DNA of 64,000 nucleotides from positions 191,332,001 through 191,396,000 of the forward strand of contig NC_042997.1 in NCBI RefSeq assembly GCF_006345805.1, read 5' to 3'. Positions 1 to 12,504 of the stretch are shown here, piece by piece. Numbering within the stretch: position 1 is the stretch's first letter; each line of letters starts with the position of its first letter. Below the pieces are notes generated by a model that saw only the letters and a list, made by a program, of their open reading frames with translations, had not been told where the DNA came from and searched no databases. Both the position numbers and the translations under genes were made by a program. The DNA comes from Octopus sinensis. Lineage: Eukaryota.

Positions 1-36
1 CATGGAAAATGGACATTAAACGATGATGATGATGAT
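1..36 (+). mobile_element. 3' end of RTE LINE with (GAT)n tail
   Basis: catggaaaatggacattaaacgatgatgat matches the tail of the other RTE 3' UTR copies in the window. Confidence 0.7.
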
Positions 37-359
37 GTACATCCAATGTGTTGTTTGTGATAGACTGTCTACCTATTATTTCTTTCCTACTCTCAGCGCT
101 TTCATACATTTTAAAAGCATCCTTGTCATAAAAACATCTTCAAATCAGGGGAAAAAAATCAAACCAAATCTATAAATCTATATACGCTTAAAAGAAAACA
201 AGGAAGCAGCAGATTAAATATTGCAGGATTGAGTGGTTTTAAGAAACTAGTTATCAGCTAAAAGTAAAGATACAATTAGTCTCTATTATATATATTTAAT
301 TTCATATATAAAATCTTTGTGCACAGCTATATAAGTATACCAATCACTATTATGTTTAC

Positions 360-400
360 TTGATCAGGGTTGCCTGGTGAATAAGGGAGTGGGGATTCAA
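360..400 (-). CDS. Candidate 41-nt exon (xESPLPYSPGNPDQ), unassigned
   Basis: Minus strand: ttttttgtcttctttttcattcag acceptor, open frame, AA|GTAAAC donor. No linking exons found. Confidence 0.25.
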
Positions 401-630
401 CTGAATGAAAAAGAAGACAAAAAAGCCATCACTAGTAAGACAGTGTTGAACAAAAGGACCCATGAGGTTGTGCTGTCAGTGCTATAGCAACAGTTCCCAG
501 GAAAGCTAGTGGTGTTGGTAATATATGCAGGTGGATGTTGAATGTAGAAATACAAAGGGAACTTAACTGGGTGAATGTGAAGGACAGCTAACACTTGGTA
601 CATGGATGGCAAACTACAAAGGCAGATCCA

Positions 631-725
631 TACACATGCATATGTATGTGTGGGTGTGTATATAATATAATATATATATATATATATATACAAACACATC
701 CGTATATCACACACACACACCACAC

Positions 726-758
<33 letters not shown>

Positions 759-1146
759 TACATACATATATATATATATACACACACACATACATATATA
801 TATATATACACACACACATACATATATATATATATACACATACGTACATACATCTATATATCCATACATATATATACACATACATATATATACATATATA
901 CCACATATACATATATACACATACACACATACATATATATATTTATATACACACATACATATATATATGTATTTACATACACACATACATATATATATGT
1001 ATTTATGTACATACATATATATATATATACACACATACATATATAAATATATATACACACATACATATATATGTATATATACATTTATATATATGTATGT
1101 ATGTATGTATGTACGTATGTATGTACGTGTGTGTGTATGTATGTAT
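631..1146. repeat. Compound (TA)n/(CA)n/(TATG)n microsatellite
   Basis: Direct reading; explains the YIYI/HTH ORFs. Confidence 0.95.
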
Positions 1147-1424
1147 TATGCAAAAGTGTCATAAGTCCAAAACATTGCTTTTTCAGATAACAAAAGAATA
1201 GTTTCACCAATTCATAGCAAAACTGTTGTACTACACTCAGGCAATTTTTGATATCTTGGCATCTGAAGCAGCTGGAGATACTATAGTCTCACCAAAAGAA
1301 CCAGCTATTGCAAAAAAAAAAATGAATATTGAAAACATGCTTTTGGCCAAATTTGGACATATGACAGTTTAACATAATAGCAAAGGTATATATATATATA
1401 TATATACTATAGATATATATATAT

Positions 1425-1531
1425 TTGACTGGGCCTGATGAAGCCTTCTGGCTTCACAGACCCCAGTAGAACTGTCCAACCCATGCTAGCATGGAAAACG
1501 GACGCTAAACGATGATGATGATGATGATGAT
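1425..1531 (+). mobile_element. 5'-truncated RTE 3' UTR
   Basis: gactgggcctgatgaagcc...ggacgctaaac(gat)n. Confidence 0.75.
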
Positions 1532-1686
1532 ATATATATATATATATATAAGTTCAGTAAAATTTAGATTCAGATGAATATGGTACTTAAGTTAAAAGTA
1601 CCAGAATTTAGTATGGTATTATCAATATAATTCAAAATGGGGTGATTATAATGAAAATAAGCAACAAGGATATCCAGAGGTAATGC

Positions 1687-1774
1687 TGCAGTACAATCGT
1701 TTCATGCGACTCCATTTAATTGAACAATGCAAACATTACTTCAATTTTAAAATATAGAACCATCTTCAGCTACA
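1687..1774 (-). ncRNA. Type-I hammerhead-like motif with degenerate helix II
   Basis: Minus strand: TGTAG-CTGAAGA-(58 nt)-GAAAC-GATT-GTA-CTGCA. Helix I is 5 bp (one G-U); helix III ACGATTGT is near-palindromic. Element starts at a (TA)n tract (~1550). Confidence 0.45.
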
Positions 1775-1864
1775 TAAAATATAGAATTTTGTATAATTTT
1801 CTTTTTATCGAAAACCACCAAGAGGATAAGTAGATAGGCAAAGAACATGTTTTACCAACAACAA

Positions 1865-2430
1865 CACAGTTGTAACTGAGATTTTTTCAAAAGAAGATAC
1901 TGTTTATCACTGATTATTTCTGTTATTCAGATTTACTAATGGGGGGGGGGGGGGCTAGTTTTAATTTATAGACTAGTTTATCAAATCTAAGAGAAACTAG
2001 AATATATCCTTTATGGATAGGGTAAAATAGATAGACAATTTAAGTGGCAGAGTCATAAATCAAGATTTCTTTGAAGTAAAACCATTAGGTTCAGTAAGAA
2101 TACACTTCAGACAAGAATATAGTAGTTAAGTTTGCAGGCTAATGGGGTAGGGAGAGTATTAAACATTAGTATTAAACATTTACCTACTGTAAAAACAATG
2201 TTATTTGTATATACACAGATACATTTTAGACTTATTCTAAAGAGCACTAAGAAGAATATTTTTGAATACATTCAGTATTATCAAAACATTTTACACAATA
2301 GAGGGACAAAAAATATAGAAATAATTCTATACTTATATATTTCTATACTAACTTAACATATATTTATAGTTATTTATCAAATGGTAGTTATTGGTATTAA
2401 TAAAGGAAAGTTAAGTTAAAGGAGTATTTT
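1865..2430 (+). repeat. AT-rich interspersed repeat homologous to 14175-14820
   Basis: Shared anchors gttttaatttatagactagtttatcaa, gtcataaa(a)atcaagattt, caatagaggga, ggtattaataaagga. Confidence 0.65.
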
Positions 2431-2439
2431 TTTTATTTT

Positions 2440-2832
2440 TCTATTTTACTTGTTTCAGTCATTTGACTGCGGCCATGCTGGAGCACCACCTTTAATCGAG
2501 CAACTCGACCCCGGAACTTATTCTTTGTAAGCCCAGTACTTATTCTATCTGTCTCTTTTTGCCGAACCGCTAAGTGACGGGGACATAAACACACCAGCAT
2601 CGGTTGTCAAGCAATGCTAGGGGGACAAACACAGACACACAAACACACACACACATACATATATATATATACATATATACGACAGGCTTCTTTCAGTTTC
2701 CGTCTACCAAATCCATTCACAAGGCATTGGTCGGCCCGAGGCTATAGTAGAAGACACTTGCCCAAAGTGCCATGCAGTGGGACTGAACCCGGAACCATGT
2801 GGTTGGTAAGCAAGCTACTTACCACACAGCCA
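2440..2832 (-). mobile_element. tRNA-headed SINE, family A (CORE-like centre, internal TA/TG tract)
   Basis: Reverse complement of gctgtgtggtaag...ggttcagtccc...ttgggcaagtgtctt...aaatgactgaaacaagtaaaa; more than 10 copies in the window. Confidence 0.85.
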
Positions 2833-3179
2833 TATCAAACTAAAATTATTAATACATATATATGCATGTAGAATTGACCCATACTACTCAAGAAGACCCA
2901 TACTCCACATCAGAAATGTTCATCCCAGTCCCTCTGGTAGTGAAATGCTCTTATGGCAGTCCCACATAAGGGCACCTGTGCAGCATCACATAAAATCACC
3001 CAGCACACTCTATAAAGTGGTTGGTGTTATGAAGGGTATCCAGCTGTAGAAACCATGCCAAATGTAACTGGAACCTGGTGCAGCTCCCCATCTTGCCAGT
3101 TCTGGCCAAACCATCCAACCTATCCAGCATGGACAACAAATGATAATGATGATATATATATATAGATATAGGTTTCAAA

Positions 3180-3370
3180 TTTTGGCACAAGTCCAGTAAT
3201 TTCGGGGTGGGAGAGATAAGTCGATTATATCCACCCCGGTGCTCAACTGGTACTTATTTTATCAACCCTGAATGGATGAAAGGCAAATTTAACTTCAGCA
3301 GAATTTGAACTCAGAACACGAAGACAGATGAAATGCCAGTAAATGTTTTTCCCAGTATGCTAATGGTTCT
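3180..3370 (-). mobile_element. Old SINE family B copy
   Basis: gatgaaaggcaaatttaacttcagcagaatttgaactcagaac is the reverse complement of the family B core. Confidence 0.65.
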
Positions 3371-3439
3371 GTCAGTGTGACATCTTATATATATATAGAT
3401 ATGTATATATATGTATATATATACATGTGTGTGTGTGTG

Positions 3440-3494
<55 letters not shown>

Positions 3495-3668
3495 AAATTC
3501 ATAAATGAGGGCAAGGGAAAAAAATTCTAATGCCAAATATGCCGCAAAATTGGACATATTGTCCATTAACCATATAATTTTTTCACAATACGCACGCTAC
3601 TCGAAAAAAGGTCGACAGAAATCTCTAAAAAATTCCATTATTACCATATCGGACCGATTTCATATATA

Positions 3669-4016
3669 TAGGTGTAGGAGTGGCTGTGTGGTAAGTAGCT
3701 TGCTTCCCAACTACATGGTTCCGGGTTCAGTCCCACTGCGTGGCACCTTGGGCAAGTTTCTTCTACTATAGGTTCAGGCTGACCAAAGGCTTGTGAGTGG
3801 ATTTGGTAGACAGAAATTGAGAGAAGCCCGTCATATATATATATGTATGTATATGTTTGTGTGTCTGTGTTTGTCCCCCCACTATCGCTTGACAACTTAG
3901 TGGTTCAGCAAAAAGAGACCAATAGGCTTACAAAGAGTAGGTCCTGGAGTCAATTTATTCGACTACAGGTGGTGCCCCAGTATGGCCACAGTCAAATGGC
4001 CGAAAAGCGTAAAACA
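3669..4016 (+). mobile_element. SINE family A
   Basis: taggtgtaggagtggctgtgtggtaag head with A/B-box-like motifs; family A body. Confidence 0.85.
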
Positions 4017-4087
<71 letters not shown>

Positions 4088-4133
4088 TGTGTATGTATAT
4101 GAATGCATGTTTGTGTATGTATGTATATATATA

Positions 4134-4320
4134 TAGTTAATCAAAAAAACAACGAGGATGTGGTACATGCAAAGTATTAAGATGCTCAGAGAAGGAAAGG
4201 AAGGGTGTTTTACATTTCAAGCAATGCTCTTATTCAGAAACAGGAAGCAGAGGAAAGTCCAAGAGAAAGGGAAGACGGAGGAAAAAAATCTCGCCAACAG
4301 TTCACATGTGGTTACATCTA
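4134..4320 (-). mobile_element. (TA)n-adjacent element with degenerate hammerhead, same family as 12955-13400
   Basis: 4207-4241 minus: GTTT-CTGAATA-AGAGC-ATT-GCTT-GAAAT-GTA-AAAC; flanks align to the 13-kb arms. Confidence 0.6.
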
Positions 4321-4829
4321 TATACATGCATCTGTCTTTATGCATATGGAGTAAATGAATTCCAAAGTGAAGGAAACAGGAGTACTTTTGAAAGAATCGT
4401 TATTTTAGCATATAATGGAGAAAGCTGTCTACATTAATTGTGCAGAAAATGTTCACGTCTTTGAGAATAATTATCAGGCAATCTTACACTCTCATAATAG
4501 ATGTGCTCGTCCTTTAGAAGAAATAATTACTGTCGTGTGTATTTGTGTGACAATAACATACATGCACCATTGATTTACTAATATTAATATATATGTTAAA
4601 GGAAAGAATAACTTATAATCTCATGCATATAAAGAAAATATTTTTCTCCTATATGAAAATTAAAATCACACATATGTTTATATGTAGATTTTATACATAT
4701 ATTTATGTTTATATACACATATATATATATATATATATATATATTTCCACTTTAATAATTAGTTGTTTATAAGTAAATTCTATTCTTTTTTCAAATATAC
4801 ATATACATATATATATATATATATATACA

Positions 4830-5550
4830 TTTGACTGTAGCCATGCTGGAGTACTGCCTTTAGTCGAACAAATCGACCCCAGGACTTATTCTATCAGTCT
4901 CTTTTGCCGAACTGCTAAGTTATGGAGACTTAAACACACCACCATCAGTTGTCAAGCGATCTTGGTGGGACAAACACAGACACACACATATATATATACA
5001 TATGTACGACAGGCTTCTTTCAGTTTCCATCTACCAAATCTACTCACAAGGCTCTGGTCAGCCCGAGGCTAGAGTAGAAGACACTTGCCCAAGATGCCAC
5101 ACAGTGAGAATGAACCCGGAACCATGAGGTTCGTAAGCAAGCTTCTTACCACACACACACACAGACACAAAAAAAACACATAAATACACATATAGGAATG
5201 ACTGAGTGGTAAGGAGCTTGCCTCTGAACCACATGGTTCCAGGTTCAGTCCCACTGTATGGCATCTTGGGCAAGCGTCTTCTACTACAGCCTCGGGCTGA
5301 CCAAAGCCTTGCAAGTGGATTTGGTAGACAGAAACTGAAAGAAGCCCATAGTGTGTGTGTGTTTGTCCTACCATTAATGCTTGACAACTGATGTTGGTGC
5401 ATTTACATCCCCATAACCTAGCAGTTTGGCACAAGAGACCAATAGAATAAGTACTAGGCTTACAAAGAATAAGTCCTGGGGTTGATTTGTTTGACTAAAG
5501 ACAGTGCTCCAGTATGGCCACAGTCAAATGACTGAAACAAAAGAATAAAA
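4830..5550. mobile_element. Two family A SINEs head-to-head (4830-5150 minus, 5193-5550 plus)
   Basis: Both halves match family A in opposite orientation. Confidence 0.8.
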
Positions 5551-5825
5551 GAAGATATCTATACATTTATAATTATAATATACATCTATATACTTTTCTA
5601 CACACACACACACACATACATACATACACACACACACACATTCATATAAATAAGGATAAGATTGTTATTTAAAATACCAATCATATCAGGTGGCTAACAT
5701 GGGAATAAAAATCTCATAGGTAATACACACACATATCCATACAGATGTACATATGTGTGTGTGTATACACATTTATATATGTATATAAATGTATATATAC
5801 ATATATATATACATACACATGCATA

Positions 5826-6362
5826 TAATAATAATAATAATAATTGTGCACAGTGCTCAGGTGCACTACAACTCATCTAAAGTGTATATATAATCAGGTG
5901 TAGTTTCGGCGGATTTCGGAAAGCATGAGGGCCTTAAAAGATGCAGTGTCATGGCAGTCAACAACTGACGCAGGCAGTTTATTCCATGCTTCAGCAACTC
6001 TGAGCGTGAAAAAATGCTTCCGAAAGTCATGGGAGCTGTATTGTTTTCTGACTTTGTAGGCATGTCCACGTGTGTTAGACACATGGAGATCAAAAAGGTG
6101 TTCAGTGTTGTTGTTGGTGAGGTGGTTGATAACTTTGTGGGTGTTTACCAAGTCCGTCGCCAAACGCCGGAGCTTCAGTGAATCCATGCCCAGGGAAACA
6201 AGGCGCTCAGAATATGGTAGGTGTCTGATGGAGGGTATGCGTTTGGTTGCACGTCTCTGGACAGATTCCAGGAGGTCAATGTTCTGTGCAAGATAGGGGT
6301 TCCAAACTGATGATGCGAATTCCAAGTGTGGTCGTACCATAGCTGTATACAGTTTTTATATC
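5826..6362 (-). mobile_element. CR1-clade LINE 3' end (ORF2 C-terminus, short 3' UTR, (ATT)n tail)
   Basis: RPHLEFASSVWNPY..ESVQRRATK..YSERL..LKLRRL..RGH..RKHFFTLRVAEAWNKLP is the typical CR1/L2-group ORF2 C-terminus. Confidence 0.9.
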
Positions 6363-6576
6363 TTTGCCAGCTCTGTCTGGCACCTGTGCGGGTGGCACGT
6401 AAAAAGCACCCACTACACTCACGGAGTGGTTGGCGTTAGGAAGGGCATCCAGCCGTAGAAACACTGCCAGATCTGACTGGGCCTGATGAAGCCTTCCAGC
6501 TTCACAGACCCCAGTTGAACCATCCAACCCATGCTAGCATGGAGAACGGACGCTAAATGATGATGATGATGATGAT
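6363..6576 (+). mobile_element. 5'-truncated RTE 3' UTR abutting the 5' truncation of the CR1
   Basis: ggcacgtaaaaagcacc...gttaggaagggcatccagcc...(gat)n. Confidence 0.85.
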
Positions 6577-6646
6577 ATATATTTATTTTTAAAATATAAA
6601 TATATGAAAGAATGGAGCTGAATGATGAATTAACAAAATTCCTTTA

Positions 6647-6729
6647 TTTTCGACATATGTTTCAAAGGCTGCATATTCCTAATTGCGAAGGAATAAGGAG
6701 TACATTATGCCACTTTCTCATCAGGAAAA
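6647..6729 (-). ncRNA. Type-I hammerhead ribozyme motif with intact core
   Basis: Minus strand: TTTTC-CTGATGA-(helix II with gcata/tatgc and attcct/aggaat pairings)-GAAAC-ATAT-GTC-GAAAA. Helix I is 5 bp; helix III is the palindrome ACATATGT; GUC triplet. Confidence 0.7.
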
Positions 6730-7148
6730 GCAAGGAACTTACATATATATCTATATATATATATAAAATATATATGTGCTGGCAATGGGTTGGACAGCTC
6801 CTGTCAAATCATCCAACACATGCCAGCATGGAAAACAGACACTAAATGATGATAATAATGATGATGATGAAGATGATATAGTGATAAGGATGAAATGAAT
6901 GGTGTATCGGGTAATACAACACATATCCATATCGAATCGTATTTAGGACACAGATATATTATATCATTTGGCATGTAACAATATGCAACATCATGAAACA
7001 CACAAATCAAATTTTTTAGGTGATATACCTCTAGAAGTTCAGTGACACACATACACACACACACACATATTGGGTCATCCTATAAATAATTTAGTTTTTT
7101 TATACTTCTTTTAATTTTCAAAATTAAGATAAACAATGTTCTTACTTA

Positions 7149-7298
7149 ATCATCATCATCATCATCATCGTTTAGCGTCCGTTTTCCATGCTAGCATGGG
7201 TTGGACGGTTCAACTGGGGTCTGTGAAGCCAGAAGGCTTCATCAGGCCCAGTCAGATCTGGCAGTGTTTCTACGGCTGGATGCCCTTCCTAATGCCCT
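7149..7298 (-). mobile_element. RTE 3' UTR fragment
   Basis: (cat)n-cgtttagcgtccgttttccatgctagc...ggatgcccttcctaa. Confidence 0.8.
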
Positions 7299-7390
7299 TC
7301 CTTAATCTAAAATATATTCTGTATTTTAGAGATGAGGAATTCTGTGCATAATTTACATTGGACGGATACATGTCCTCATCTTGTTTGTTG

Positions 7391-7772
7391 TTACTACGTT
7401 GTGGCTGATTTAACCTTCAGCCTTCATCAGGTGTCCTGGTGGAATTTTGAACCCAACCCTAGGTTCTCGTTTCTAAGGGTTCAGGACATCCATATACAGC
7501 ACTAAGCATGGCTTCAGGACATCCATATACCACACTAAGCATGGCTACAGGACATCCGTATACCGCAAGCCAACCTTCACTGGACGATGCCTAAACTTCA
7601 ATTCCCACTGTCCATACAGTGTAAAGAGAGGGATTGCTCAGTACCTAAAACATGGAGCAAAGAATATAAATAGCGATCCTGATACACACCACCACATTAG
7701 GAATGAGAACCCAGAGTTGGGTTCAAAATTCCACCAGGACACCTGATGAAGTGAACCACGAAACTGTCGGTT
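7391..7772. mobile_element. Composite element: 55-bp inverted arms ending in two different hammerhead cores, with 33-bp tandem repeats inside
   Basis: 7422-7476 and 7697-7751 are reverse complements. Left (minus): CTGATGA-A-GGCTG..CAGCC-ACAAC-GTA (core damaged). Right (plus, 7743-7768): CTGATGA-A-GTG-AAC-CAC-GAAAC-T-GTC. caggacatccatatac... repeated about 3 times at 7484-7570. Confidence 0.6.
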
Positions 7773-8989
7773 CTTGAGAGGGGGAGAGGGGGAGAGAGGA
7801 CGAAATGGTGAAAGTATATATGGTCCTTGGTTTGCAAGAATTAGCGGCCCAAACAGCTTTGATATCACAGTCTACCCCCTTAAAACAGGAAGGATGCTAT
7901 TGATAATATACATCTGGGAATATTATGCCTGAACAAAGAAACAAAGTCATGAAGATCGTGACTGGAACGCCTTATGAGTATTTGTTTTCTGCTCGATCGC
8001 GACTCAGCTGGAGCTAACACAAATTTCCCTAACAGCTGTTTCAGATCAGTCATCGATCGACAATAAGATCTTTTATACTTTCCATTTACAACTAGGATGC
8101 ATTACAGGAATATAATAATAATCGATACAGTACTTAGCTTGAACATTATTTCATCAGCCTTCGGAAGGATGAAAGGTAAAGTCATCTTTGGACAGATTTG
8201 TACTCAGAAAGTAAAAAACCTAAATACCACAAGGTATTTTGTCCGACACTCTAACGGTCTGCCTTTATGAGTTGAAATTAGGAAACGAAACAAAATCACT
8301 TAGAATCCCTTGAAGGTTTAAAGACGTTATAAATTTCTATTAAAACTAATTAAAAATTACTTGAAATAGGCGGTCTATTACTATTTTTTTATGAAGTTTT
8401 TAGAAGTTTGTGTGTTGCCTTCCAGTCAAGAAACCGAACAAAAAAACTTCGTTTGTTGTGAGAAAACATATTTCATTAAATCATATATACATATATCGTT
8501 ACGGGATGGTTGCAAGGAAACGCCTTTGATCTAAGGTTAGTTCAACCAGAACTGACCTGGGGCTTAACAACAACATTATTAATTCGTGTTAGGGAAACCC
8601 TTTTTAAAAATCTACGCAGCTTTGACAGCACAATTACAAAATAAATACGTCACTTCAGGTGTTTGCACACAAAAAAAATTTTTTTCAAGATTCTTTCAGT
8701 TTTATTTTATAAATATTCCATGAAAATTAGGATTTGAACTGAAAGAGATAGTTGAAATACTTTTATAACTCGGTGGTCATAGTAGCGAATAGAAGAAATC
8801 ATAAATGTTATTATTTACCACAAAGATGGCTAATGAAATTACATTACAAGGACCATTTACAAAACAGATGAGGGTTGTCGCAGAATCGATTATGGAAATA
8901 AATCACAGCCATGGAAAAACAAAAGGAAATACCCCAAAGGGAGTGGGAAGCCACCTAGGGCTAATCAAGGAACCCTTTCTCATAGATCC

Positions 8990-9800
8990 GGGGTTAATAA
9001 GTACATGCTTCAAATTTAGGCACAGGGCCAGCAATTTGGGATGAGGGAGGGAGTTAGTCGATCACATCGACCCCGGTACTTGATAGGTACTTTATCGACC
9101 CTGAAAGAATGACAGCTAAAGTTAACCTCGGCAAGATTTGAACTCAGAACGTAAAGAATCGGAAGAACTAAGCAAAACATTTCTTCAGACACTTTACTGA
9201 TCATAACAACTATCGCCCGATTTTAATAATAATTCTTTCTAATTTTTGGCACAAAACCAGCAATACCGGGGAGACGGGCAAGTCGATTACATCGATCTCA
9301 GTATTTGACTGATACTTTATTTTATCGGCCCTGGAGGAATGAGAGATAAAGTTGATCCCGGTGAAATTTGAACTCAGAACGTAATGAGTCGGAAGAAATC
9401 CTAGTAAGCATTTTTTTCTGAAGCTTTAATGATCCAGCCAATATGTCATATAATCCCTATTTTAATAACAATGGTTTCTGATTTGGGCACACGGTCAACA
9501 ATTTTGAGGGGAGGGCTTGATCGATACCATCGACCTATGTACTTGACTAAGGCGAAAGTAAAGAATACGCACACCACCCGTTTTCGGCGTTCAGGGGTTG
9601 GGTTAAGGTTACGGTTAGGGTTACGCCGAAAATGGGTGGTGTGCGTATTCTTTACCTCCACCCTTGACTAGTACTTTATTTTATCGACCCCCGGAAGGAA
9701 AGTATGCAAAGTTGACTTCGAAGTAGGATTTGAACTCAGAATGCAAGGAGTCGGAAGAACTACAACAAAACACTTCTTCCGACACAATATCGATTCTGCC
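8990..9800 (-). mobile_element. Cluster of three old family B-like SINEs
   Basis: Repeated tttatcgaccc..gaaag..atttgaactcagaac motifs near 9090, 9320 and 9680. Confidence 0.65.
9550..9662. mobile_element. 113-bp micro-MITE with ~41-bp TIRs, telomere-like core and 8-bp TSD
   Basis: gtaaagaatacgcacaccacccgttttcggcgt and its reverse complement flank ggttgggttaaggttacggttagggtt; TSD cttgacta at 9542-9549 and 9663-9670; inserted in a SINE. Confidence 0.8.
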
Positions 9801-11179
9801 CTACTTTAATAATAATGGGGATAGTCCATTAAATCTACCCCAGGACTAAGCTAGTACCTTGTTTTCTTAAACCTGGAAGGATGAAAAACAAAACAAAGAA
9901 ATACCGCAAGGTATTCTATAAGAAAGAAATTGGGAAACGCATCATGTGTGACAGAAAGGGGTCACATAAGATAAGCACGGTAATAGGAATGGAGGGTGTT
10001 AATGAAGCATGGTTTTATAAGAAAGAAAACAAAATAAAAAGAGGCGAGGCTCCTGACATATCTGAAACAACAACATCAGTGACGAGAGGTAAGGCAGGTA
10101 AAACTGTCAGCTATATTTCTAGATTAAATGTTGTAACACATTTCCTAGACATATCTACAAGTGGCCTTATCAAATGCGAAGGTGAAAAAAACGACTTTTC
10201 TAAATGTAAAATTCAAACGTCTTATATTTGTAAATTTTCTCAGTAACCTTATTTGTTTATTCAATAATGTTTTAAAAGTAAATAAAATTCCAGGTATAAT
10301 TTGAAAAAAAAAACTAAAATCACAATAACAATAACTTTGTAAATCCCTTAATAGATTGCGTACACGTGAAATTTAAAACATTTCGAGTCACAAACATGAT
10401 CGCTAGACCTGTTAGAAATAATAGCTAAATTTTCCTCAAATTACATCCTTAAATAAATGACACATTAAAGATAATGAAATCCTCGGTGGCCCCAAAAAAG
10501 GAGGGATGGTCACAGCTGGAATACCTTTGATCATAGGTGTACTCGATCGCGGTTGACGTGGGGCTAAATATTTTACATTAAATGCATTTTCATATTATGA
10601 CAAATAAATGGGTGTGGATAGTTACCTAATTAGTCATAAACCATACCTGAACACTGTCACCAAATAGTAATCACTGAGAAAAATAAGATCGAAAAATACT
10701 CGGGGTCTCGGTGCTTTGGAGGGGGCATTTAACTTACTACCTGTGCGATTGTCACACTGTGGGTAGTAAATGGAATCTGGATAATTTCACCAATGAGGTG
10801 AGAACAGCTTTAAAAGAGTATATATGACAAACAGCGCTAGGGAAAAAATTTTGCCAAACTAACACAACAGAAAAAGAAAAATTATAAAATTAAGTTTCAA
10901 GAATATATAAATGAGAGGCAGAGAGAAAAAAGGCAAAAGAACTGAAAAAAGTTTTTAGAACCATATAAAAATCAATTAATACCTGATAAAAATCGTTGGA
11001 ACGTTGCGGTATCCATATCACAGAGGATCTCAATATATTACAAAAAGAATTGTTTTGTGACAGCAATTATATATCTTGCTTTGCTTGTGGCACAGTGCTA
11101 CGATTTACTCTTGTTTCTTTCATTAATTACATCCGTAGACACGAATTTATAATATATATATTGTTTCTTTGTGAAAGCT

Positions 11180-11380
11180 CCGGTCAAGAACAACTCTGCC
11201 ATAAGTTCGCCGTGAAATCACTCACAGCCATGACCACTGGCAAAGTGCGACGAATAATAATAGACATAAAAACACCCGTCAGCGCGCACACACATACACA
11301 TAGATATCCGAAGCACTAAGAAGGAAAAAAGAAAGTTAGTGTTAGAGCACGTGACCTAGCCGACTACGACTTTATTTGTT
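11180..11380. promoter_or_regulatory. CpG-enriched patch with E-box CACGTGAC (possible promoter)
   Basis: Local CpG excess in unique-looking sequence; gagcacgtgacc near 11345. Confidence 0.25.
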
Positions 11381-11639
11381 ATCAACTAATGTTAGATAAT
11401 GTGAGTTATTTTCAAATGGAGCACTGCTTTTTATGGAATCCCATCGGTGTCATACTTTTATAATGTTACTAAATGTAAGAAATAAAACAAAAAAATTGTT
11501 GTTGCGTTTTCTTAGAAATTGAAAACTTTGCACCTAATCTACTATCTTTGAAGTATCTAATGCAAAAAAAAAAATGTGTACGCCTTGAAAATAAAAAAAT
11601 AAACTTTAATTTATATGCGAGTGTGTTCGTATATGCATA

Positions 11640-11762
11640 TGTATGTATATGATATGAACGTGTGTACATATATATATATATATATATCTAATATATATGT
11701 GTGTGTGTGTGTATTTAAATTATATATAATGTATTTTATATATGTATTTATATATATGTATT

Positions 11763-11793
<31 letters not shown>

Positions 11794-12057
11794 TATATAT
11801 GTATTTATATATATATATATATATATATTAGATATATATATATATATGTGTGTGTATGTATGTGTATATATATATATATATATATATACATATATATTTG
11901 CCATACCCATACACATACACAGCTTCCCAGAGGAATTTTTCCCAGTTAAACGAAGTTATTTTCGTGCCTCCTTCCTGGAATGGCCCTCCTGGAGCCCTCC
12001 TTGGATCTCTGAGCCCCAGTTCCGACTGAACTTCGCCACCTTTCACATGCCCTGGGG

Positions 12058-12088
<31 letters not shown>

Positions 12089-12355
12089 TGCATTATGTAT
12101 GTATGTATGTATGTATGTATGTATGTATGTATGCATTATGTATGTATGTATGTATGTATGCATTATGTATGTATGTATGTATGTTGTATGTATGTATGTA
12201 TGTATGCATGTATGTATGTATGCATGTTTGTATGTATGTGTGTATGTATGTATGTATGTATGTATGTCTACATATGCATGTATGTCTTTGTGGCTGTGTA
12301 CATACAGAGATATACATGCACACATATATACATGCATACATACATACATACATAC
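11640..12355. repeat. (TA)n and (TATG)n microsatellites
   Basis: Direct reading. Confidence 0.95.
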
Positions 12356-12366
12356 CGTATGTTAAT

Positions 12367-12504
12367 GTGTATAAGGAACCCCTAATTTAGGGGACTTAAA
12401 ATTTGGAAAAAAAAGTTTTTTAGGGGATTATAATACTATCCATGTATAAGAAACTCCCATATTTTTTAAACCTAATTTTTGACAAAAACGGGTTCCTTAT
12501 ATAC
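12367..12504. mobile_element. ~135-bp MITE-like element
   Basis: tataaggaaccc (12370-12381) and gggttccttata (12490-12501) are inverted termini. Confidence 0.5.

Noticed and set aside
397-1164. Long ORFs rich in YI/HT/MYVC here and throughout the track
   Set aside because: They are translations of (TA)n, (CA)n and (TATG)n microsatellites.
1254-1375. Short open frames and splice-like signals on both strands
   Set aside because: The signals conflict, the frames stop quickly and nothing links in phase.
1432-1460. CTGATGA-AGCC-TTCT-GGCT in RTE 3' UTRs, resembling a hammerhead
   Set aside because: No GAAA after the stem and no helix III. It is better read as the LINE 3' stem-loop.
10730-10810. 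CDCHTVGS (laminin-EGF-like) on plus and a possible exon on minus
   Set aside because: No acceptor on plus, too short for the domain, and no supporting neighbours.
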